From: Deltaproteobacteria bacterium
GTDB taxonomy: Bacteria > Myxococcota_A > Polyangia > Polyangiales > Houyiibacteriaceae
NCBI GenBank assembly: GCA_034670305.1
Contig: JAXMNT010000010.1
Location: forward strand, 32,001-96,000
Length of the DNA stretch: 64,000 bases
Reading direction: 5' to 3'
This document shows, in pieces, positions 57,631-64,000 of the stretch. Made by a program: the position numbers and the translations under genes. The notes under the pieces are model-generated. The model worked only from the letters and a program-made list of their open reading frames with translations. It did no database searches and was not told where the DNA came from. The first letter of the stretch is position 1. Each line of letters opens with the position of its first letter.

Positions 57631-57861
57631 TCATGGGATGGGGAGCAGAATCACGAGTTCTACGTAGTCGTAGAGGTTCAGGAGAGGGGTTCCGAGCGTC
57701 ACGACCGCGGCCGCGCCGCCAATCGTCACCATGCTGGCGAGCGTGAGGTACTCGACGAAGATGGCGCCGGTGGTGTCGTCGCGAAGGCTCTCGGCTTTCC
57801 GAGTGCGCGTGCGCTTCAACCAGCCGCCCGTAGCGGCATCTTGCAAAAGTCGTCCAGCCAT
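57631..57861 (-). CDS. second Flp-like pilin
   Basis: TTG|AIFVEY followed by a hydrophobic helix; start uncertain. Confidence 0.7.
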   Translation of the reverse strand: MAGRLLQDAATGGWLKRTRTRKAESLRDDTTGAIFVEYLTLASMVTIGGAAAVVTLGTPLLNLYDYVELVILLPIP

Positions 57862-57967
57862 GCGGCGGGCACCATTCTCCCGACCTTGGTGTACTCCGGT
57901 TCCAGCGAGGCTGTCAACGGGTACCGATATGGTGGAAGCGAAGGTCATTGGGAACGGGGACCTCTAG

Positions 57968-57983
57968 TGCAACCGCAGTGCCA
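57968..57983 (-). promoter_or_regulatory. sigma54 -24/-12 promoter of the Tad locus
   Basis: Minus strand TGGCAC-TGCGG-TTGCA, an exact TGGCAC-N5-TTGCW consensus. Confidence 0.8.
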
Positions 57984-58107
57984 TCTCTGCAAACCTTAGA
58001 GATCTCCCATTAACCCCACGATCTTTGGATCGGCGAGCAGCGATCGGGACGGAGTGTCGCGATCCGTAGGAGACTTAAAACCCATTATGGGGTCAGCGGT
58101 CCCCAGC

Positions 58108-58124
58108 TGTACAAAGCTTGCACA
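58108..58124. promoter_or_regulatory. candidate enhancer-binding-protein site (UAS)
   Basis: TGTACAA-AGC-TTGCACA inverted repeat (6/7), ~130 bp upstream of the -24 box. Confidence 0.4.
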
Positions 58125-58311
58125 CTGTTTCTTTTCTCGAAGGAATGGGCCCGATCGGATCGGAAAACGCCGCAATCGTGCCGTGGCCTCCAAGGACACA
58201 CCGATCGGGGCGAAGAAATGCGATCTAGCGGTCGAGGTTTGCTCGAGCCCAAAGCCGGACGCCCGTGGCGAAGCCGTATCCGAACTGCGGTGGGGTGCGA
58301 TATGTTGCAGC

Positions 58312-59598
58312 ATGCGTTTTGTCCTGATCGGGTGTGGGTGCCTTCTGGCGTGCAGTGGCGGGGAGTCGAGGGAGCGCAGCGCGGTGGCGTTGGCGGTTGG
58401 CATCAACGACGTGTGCGTGATCAGTGGCGAAACCTCTGCAGCCGAGGACGCGGGCCAGGACGCGGGCCAGGACGCGGGCCAGGACGCAGGCCAGGACGCG
58501 GGCAGCCTGGAAGACGCCGGCGTGCTCGAGGATGCGGGGCTGCTGGAAGACGCTGGATCCCCCGAAGACGCTGGGGTGGACGCCGGTTTGGTCGACCTGG
58601 ACGCTGGGTCGTCGGGCGATGCCGGTCCCGCGCCGGTCGCCGTCAGTGGCCAGGTCTCCTGCTGGGGCAACGGTCAGTCGCCCCTCCGGCCCACTGACGG
58701 GATGCGCAGCGCCTCTCAGATCACGCTCGGTGCTGCGCGCTGCTTCATCGACGATGGCGAGCTGCTCTGCCTCGGCCAGAACGACGATGGGGAGCTCGGC
58801 GACGGGACCACCGAAGATCGGGAGCGGGCGGTGGGCCTGCCTACGCTTCGCCGCGCCGAGTTCGTGCAGACCAGCCGCTTCGGGGCCCAACACTTCACGT
58901 GCGCCATCGTGGAGGGAGAAGTGTGGTGTTGGGGCGCCGGCGACCGCGGTCAGCTCGGCGACCGCACGACCGACACCCGCTCGACTCCGGCTCGGGTCCG
59001 CGGGATCTCCGCCGCGACGGCGCTGACGCTCGGGGCCGAACACGCATGCGTACTCGAAGGCGGACAGCCGTTCTGCTGGGGCGCGGGCACGCTCGGCCAG
59101 CTCGGCAACGACATGTTGTTCGACCAGGACGCGCCGGTGGGCGTCGAACTCACGGACGTCCTCTCGATCGCGGCCGGCGGCTACCACACCTGCGCGGTGA
59201 CCTCCGATGGCATCGTCCACTGCTGGGGCGACTCGAGCCAAGGCCAGCTCGGCGTGGCCATTCCTGGGGACGATGGGTTCCCGACGCCCATCGCCATCTT
59301 CGGTGTCGCCGACGCGGTGTCGGTCGCGGCGGGTGCGGCCCACACCTGCGCCCTCTCCGCCGGCACGATGTTCTGCTGGGGTGCCAACGACGCGGCCCAA
59401 ACCGGCGAGAGTGGCGTCACCGTCCGCCGCACCCCCGTGAGCCCTGAGATCGCCAACGTGGTCCAGATGGGCCTCGGCGCCCGTTTCACCTGCGCCCTCA
59501 CCAGCGAAGGCGCCGTTCTCTGCTTCGGCGCCAACGACCTCGCCCAACTCGGCTCCCCCGGCGCCGACCGCGTCCGCCCCCAGACCGTCCGCTTCTAA
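58312..59598 (+). CDS. RCC1-repeat beta-propeller lipoprotein
   Basis: Lipobox LLAC; (QDAG)n linker; repeated HTCA...CWG...GQLG. Confidence 0.9.
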   Translation: MRFVLIGCGCLLACSGGESRERSAVALAVGINDVCVISGETSAAEDAGQDAGQDAGQDAGQDAGSLEDAGVLEDAGLLEDAGSPEDAGVDAGLVDLDAGSSGDAGPAPVAVSGQVSCWGNGQSPLRPTDGMRSASQITLGAARCFIDDGELLCLGQNDDGELGDGTTEDRERAVGLPTLRRAEFVQTSRFGAQHFTCAIVEGEVWCWGAGDRGQLGDRTTDTRSTPARVRGISAATALTLGAEHACVLEGGQPFCWGAGTLGQLGNDMLFDQDAPVGVELTDVLSIAAGGYHTCAVTSDGIVHCWGDSSQGQLGVAIPGDDGFPTPIAIFGVADAVSVAAGAAHTCALSAGTMFCWGANDAAQTGESGVTVRRTPVSPEIANVVQMGLGARFTCALTSEGAVLCFGANDLAQLGSPGADRVRPQTVRF

Positions 59599-59610
59599 GT
59601 CGTCAGACCA

Positions 59611-59938
59611 GCGTCGGCTCCGGCGTCGGCATCGGCTCCGGCGTCGGCTCCGGCTTCGGCTTCGGCGTCGGCTTCGGCATCGCCATCGGCTTCGGCGTCG
59701 GCATCGGCATCGGCATCGGCCTCGGCATCGGCTTCGGCGTCGGCTTCGGCATCGCCATCGGCGTCGGCATCGGCATCGGCGTCGGCGTCGGCATCGGCTT
59801 CGGCTCCGGCGTCGGCATCGGCATCGGCTTCGGCATCGGCTTCGGCATCGGCTTCGGCATCGGCCTCGGCTTCGGCTTCTGCTTCTGCTTCGGCGTCGCC
59901 TTCGGCTTCAGTATCGGCTTCGGCTTCGGCGTCGGCCT
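59611..59938. repeat. (TCGGCA/TCGGCT/TCGGCG)n hexamer microsatellite
   Basis: ~330 bp filling the gap between convergent genes. Confidence 0.95.
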
Positions 59939-61819
59939 CTAACGCTGGCGCCGTCGCAGCCCGACCATCGCCACGAAGACCCACGCCGCCCCCGCGCCCG
60001 CGCCCCCACCGACGCTGCACCCGCCGCCCCCAGCCGCCTCGGGCTCCGGCGGCGGCACGCAGAGCAGTTCGCCCTCGTGGTCGTCGCAGACGGTGCCGAC
60101 GTCGCATCCGCCGGCCGCCCCACAACTCCGGGTGCAGGTGCCGCCCGAGTCACGGACCACGCACCGGCCGCTCAAACACTCGGCGTCGACGCCGCATGCT
60201 TCGCCGAGCACGGCGCCCGCCGGCACGCAGCGTTCCCCGTCGCACTCGAAGCCGTCGGCGCAGTCACCGGCCGAGGGGCAGCGGGTGGTGCAGACCGTGC
60301 CGCCTTCGGTCGCGGTGCACTCGCGCTCGCCGGCGCAGTCCATCGCGTCGACGCAGCGCGCGCCATCCGAACCGAGGTCGCCGCGCTCACACAATCCGCT
60401 GCGGCAGTGAAATCCATCCGCGCAGTCGGGCGGGCACGCCGTCGTGCAGTACCCCTCCGCATGGCAGTTGCCGGACACACACTGTTCCGCCGCGTCGCAC
60501 GCATCGCCGAGGCCCCGAGCTTCCCCGAGGATCGCCGGATCGACGCAGCCGCCGCACGCACCGTCCGGCGCCGCGCATGCCCGATCGATCGGACATTGAC
60601 CGGCGCCGCCTTCGCAACGGTGCACGCATCGGCGGTTGCCGTCGCCGGGATCGACGCAGGCCAGACTTGCGCAGTCGGTGTCGGCCGCGCAGGTCTCGCC
60701 GTCGGGGGCGGCGCCACGCACGCCGGCCACGCAGGTCCCCTCGCAGCCACTGGTCGGCGCGCAGTACGCGCCGGGCGTCGCGATCGAATCGCCACCGAAC
60801 GGATGATCGATCGAAGCGCAGGTATCGACCGGCTGCCGCGGATCGCACGCATGGGTGCAGACCCGTCCGGCCGGCGTGTCTCCGCAGACAACCGGATCGT
60901 CGAGCAACCCGCGCAAGCCGAACCCGAACCGTTCCGGCAGTTGCGCGAAGGCGCAATCGTCGTCGGTTTCACACGCCCCGCCGAGCGGCTGACAGGTCTC
61001 GTCGATCGTGCCGTCGCAGTCGTCGTCGACCGAGTTGCAGGCCTCGTCCGACACGCCAGGGCAGTCGCCCGCTTCCAGCAACGCTTCATCCACGATGCCA
61101 CTGAGCCGATCGATCCGGTTGTGGCCGTCTCGGGAGCTCGGACAACTCTCGGCCTGACCGAAACTCGCGACCCCCACGATGCGGCGCGGCGAGCCCTCGA
61201 GGATCATCGGGCCACCCGAGTCGCCGGAGCAGATGTTCATCGACGAGTAGAGCACGTTGGCGTCGATCGAGTTGAGCGTGCCCGTCGTGAGGTACTTCGT
61301 GCCGGAGCCGCCTTCGGGTGTCTGTCCGTAGCCGATGAACGTGAAGGTCTCGCCCACGAGCGCGCTCGGGTCCTCGCGCATCATTTCCATGGGCGCGACG
61401 TCGGGGAGGTTGCCGTCCGCGTCGGGACGGATCGTGACCACGCCGACGTCCTGACCAATGAGCCCAGTGAGCAGACCGTCGTCTCGGTAGGTGCCCGGCG
61501 TCGTGTCCACGCGTCGAATGCGGTAGTCGACGGTGTTCCGTACGTCTCGTCCGACGCCGATGGAGAGCAGCCCGAGCGCGTGGGGCCGCCCGAGACCCGC
61601 GCCCTGCACACAGTGTTTGGCGGTGAGCACGACCGTCGGCGAGACGAAGGTGCCGGTGCACAGACCCACCCCGCCGACCAGCTTCACGAGCACCACGCTG
61701 TGTTCGTCCGGAGCCAGGGTGCCGTCGACGATCTCCGCCCGCGAGGCGCCGATGTCCTCGTCGGGTCCGACCACACAACCGACCCCAAGGAGCACAACCA
61801 GCCACGGAACATGTTTCAC
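59939..61819 (-). CDS. S1 trypsin-like serine protease with Cys-rich repeats and MYXO-CTERM
   Basis: Mature start IVDG; TAKHC, QDVG, GDSGGP; CNSVDDDCDGTIDE motif; GGGGCSVG-TM-RRRQR tail. Confidence 0.9.
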   Translation of the reverse strand: MKHVPWLVVLLGVGCVVGPDEDIGASRAEIVDGTLAPDEHSVVLVKLVGGVGLCTGTFVSPTVVLTAKHCVQGAGLGRPHALGLLSIGVGRDVRNTVDYRIRRVDTTPGTYRDDGLLTGLIGQDVGVVTIRPDADGNLPDVAPMEMMREDPSALVGETFTFIGYGQTPEGGSGTKYLTTGTLNSIDANVLYSSMNICSGDSGGPMILEGSPRRIVGVASFGQAESCPSSRDGHNRIDRLSGIVDEALLEAGDCPGVSDEACNSVDDDCDGTIDETCQPLGGACETDDDCAFAQLPERFGFGLRGLLDDPVVCGDTPAGRVCTHACDPRQPVDTCASIDHPFGGDSIATPGAYCAPTSGCEGTCVAGVRGAAPDGETCAADTDCASLACVDPGDGNRRCVHRCEGGAGQCPIDRACAAPDGACGGCVDPAILGEARGLGDACDAAEQCVSGNCHAEGYCTTACPPDCADGFHCRSGLCERGDLGSDGARCVDAMDCAGERECTATEGGTVCTTRCPSAGDCADGFECDGERCVPAGAVLGEACGVDAECLSGRCVVRDSGGTCTRSCGAAGGCDVGTVCDDHEGELLCVPPPEPEAAGGGGCSVGGGAGAGAAWVFVAMVGLRRRQR

Positions 61820-61921
61820 GCGGGCACCTTTCCATGGCGCCGACCTCGAACCGCTGAGCAAACACACGACGCGGCGCCCCGTCGCAGCGCCGCCCTCGGT
61901 GCGCGGGGTAGGCTCACGCCC

Positions 61922-63901
61922 ATGAACGTCGAAGGACTGCTCACGCTCGGTCGATTGGCCACCGTTGCCCTCCACCCCACCGAAGACTGGTTGTGCGCGG
62001 CCGTCTCCCGACGGTCGACCTCCGGCGCGCGATGGGTTCACGACCTCTGGCGCATCCCGCTCGATGGGTCCGATGCGCAGCAGCTCACGTTCGGCGAGTG
62101 GAACGACCGGGCGCCGCACTTCTCCAGCCAGGGTCTGCTCGGGTTTCTGTCCAACCGACCGGTGGGCAAGTCGCCCACGCCGGGCGAAGACGAGCGCAGT
62201 CAGATCTGGGGCTTCGATCCCGGTGGACGCGAAGCGCGCCGACTCAGCGACGTGGCGCTGGGGGTGAACGACTTCCGGTTCGCTGGCGCGCGCTTGCTCG
62301 TGTGGACCCGGCACTGGCCGGATGTGCCCGACACCGAACAACGGGCGCACGCGGCCAAGCGCGCCAAAGACGGACCGAGCGTGCTGCATTACCGGCGGAC
62401 CCCGGTGCGGCACTGGGACCACTGGCTCGGTCCGGACCGGGCGCAGCTGCTGTGCATTCATCCCGAGGGCGCGCAGTTCGACCTCACCGAAGGCACCACC
62501 CACGAACACGAACGCGACGTGAGCTGGGACGTGAGCACCGACGGACGCTTCGTCGCCATGAACGCGGAAGAGAAGGCGGAGGACCAAGTCGCGCGCAGCT
62601 GGCTGCGCCGCATCGCGATCCAGGCCGATGGATCGCCCGAACGGATCGAAGACCTGGGCCGCGCAGGCAACGTCTCGCACTACGGCGCGAAACTCTCTCC
62701 TTCCGGCGCCAGCCTCGCAACCCAGCGGCACACCCGGTCCGGCCCGGATGGCGACGGGCGTCTTCCGCGGGTGGATCTCGTCGTGTTCGGTCCCGACGGC
62801 TCCGCGCGTTCGCTCGCGACCGAGCTCGACCGGTGGCTCTCGCCGGAGTGCTGGCTCGACGAACGCCGACTGCTCTGCACCTTCGACGACCGAGGCCGCA
62901 CACGACTTGCCGAGGTCGACACCGAAGCGGACCAAGTCACGCCGTGGACCGAACGCGGCGTCGTGCACGGGGTCGTGTGCCGGCCGATTGCGACGGGCGC
63001 GAAGACGCCGGCGCGGGTCGCCATGATCCACAGCACACTCACCTCCGCGCCGCGTGCGGCGGCCGTCGACGCCAAGGGCGCACAGCCGCTCGCGGATCCC
63101 ACGGGGTTTGCAGAGCACGCCGAGGCGCTCTCGAGCTTGGTCGTCGAGGACATGTCGGTCGAAGCCGCCGACGGCCAAACGGTGCACGGACTCCTGCTGA
63201 AACCGAACACACCTGGACCGCACCCGTGTCTGCTCTGGATCCACGGCGGCCCGATCCACCAGTGGGCCGACGGTTGGCATTGGCGCTGGAACCCGGCCGC
63301 GTTCGTCGAACAGGGGTACGCCATCGCGCTTCCGAACCCGCGCGGGTCGACCGGTGAAGGCTATGAGTTCACCGCCGGCATCTGGGGCAACGAGTGGGGC
63401 GCCGCTTGCTACGACGATCTCATGCGCTTCACGGACGCGCTCGAACAGCGCGACGACATCGACGCGACCAAGGTGGCTGCGATGGGCGGCTCGTTCGGCG
63501 GCTACATGGCGAACTGGATCGGCGGACACACCGGCCGCTTCCGCGCGCTCATCACCCACGCGAGCCTCTTCGACCTGCGCGCGTTCCACGGGCGCACCGA
63601 CGCGAGCGCCTACTTCGGACTGCACCTCGCCTCCACGCCGTGGACCGGCGAGATGGACCGCTACTCACCGCACCGCGCGGTGCCGGATTGGAAGACGCCG
63701 ACGTTGATCCTGCACGGTGAGAAGGACTACCGGGTGCCCCTCGGCGAAGCGCTCGCGCTCTTCGAAGGCCTGCAAGCACACGGCGTCGAAAGCGAGCTCG
63801 TCGTGTTCCCAGACGAGAACCACTGGATCCTCCAGCCCAACAACGCGCAGGCCTGGCACGAGGCCATCCTCACGTTCCTCCAGAAGCACGTTCTTTCGTA
63901 G
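61922..63901 (+). CDS. S9 family peptidase (prolyl oligopeptidase/acylaminoacyl peptidase)
   Basis: IHGGP, NPRGSTG, GGSFGG, HGEKDYRV, FPDENHW; no signal peptide seen. Confidence 0.92.
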   Translation: MNVEGLLTLGRLATVALHPTEDWLCAAVSRRSTSGARWVHDLWRIPLDGSDAQQLTFGEWNDRAPHFSSQGLLGFLSNRPVGKSPTPGEDERSQIWGFDPGGREARRLSDVALGVNDFRFAGARLLVWTRHWPDVPDTEQRAHAAKRAKDGPSVLHYRRTPVRHWDHWLGPDRAQLLCIHPEGAQFDLTEGTTHEHERDVSWDVSTDGRFVAMNAEEKAEDQVARSWLRRIAIQADGSPERIEDLGRAGNVSHYGAKLSPSGASLATQRHTRSGPDGDGRLPRVDLVVFGPDGSARSLATELDRWLSPECWLDERRLLCTFDDRGRTRLAEVDTEADQVTPWTERGVVHGVVCRPIATGAKTPARVAMIHSTLTSAPRAAAVDAKGAQPLADPTGFAEHAEALSSLVVEDMSVEAADGQTVHGLLLKPNTPGPHPCLLWIHGGPIHQWADGWHWRWNPAAFVEQGYAIALPNPRGSTGEGYEFTAGIWGNEWGAACYDDLMRFTDALEQRDDIDATKVAAMGGSFGGYMANWIGGHTGRFRALITHASLFDLRAFHGRTDASAYFGLHLASTPWTGEMDRYSPHRAVPDWKTPTLILHGEKDYRVPLGEALALFEGLQAHGVESELVVFPDENHWILQPNNAQAWHEAILTFLQKHVLS

Positions 63902-63929
63902 CGTCTCGGGGCGGGCTCGCAGCGCGGGA

Positions 63930-64000
63930 CTACCAGCGCAGGAGCGGGGCGAGCGCTGCGAAGCCGAGGCCGAGTCCCGCGCCCACGGCGGTGCCGACGA
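63930..64000 (-). CDS. 3' end of a probable membrane protein (partial)
   Basis: Minus frame ...VGTAVGAGLGLGFAALAPLLRW-stop. Confidence 0.45.
   Translation of the reverse strand, partial: VGTAVGAGLGLGFAALAPLLRW

Noticed and set aside
59595-60125. (AE/AD)n and (PM/PK)n ORFs
   Set aside because: Microsatellite translations overlapping the protease 3' end

Overview
GC-rich bacterial chromosome segment, most likely Myxococcota (Polyangia/Sandaracinaceae-like), judged from a MYXO-CTERM protein, many Cys-rich lipoproteins with DAG-type linkers and FHA-rich pilus genes. Most genes lie on the minus strand. Housekeeping genes include maeB, pssA, ygiQ and pdhABC. There are four notable accessory blocks. 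(1) A ~17 kb Tad/Flp pilus locus (40651-57983) with a consensus sigma54 promoter, two CpaF/TadA ATPases (one FHA-fused), two degenerate-FHA membrane proteins, no TadZ/CpaE, and minor pilins carrying glycine-zipper and Cys-rich domains; it resembles the M. xanthus Kil prey-killing apparatus. (2) Two tandem ~1450-1600 aa lipoprotein metzincin proteases with EF-hand-like inserts, also behind a sigma54 promoter. (3) A GNAT-nitrilase gene followed by two SET-domain genes. (4) A four-helix-bundle gene embedded in hexamer microsatellites next to a MITE-like inverted-repeat element, with related hexamer arrays in other intergenic gaps. No rRNA, tRNA, CRISPR-Cas or transposase was recognised. Start codons were trimmed by eye from the ORF track, and all family assignments are motif-based without database searches.
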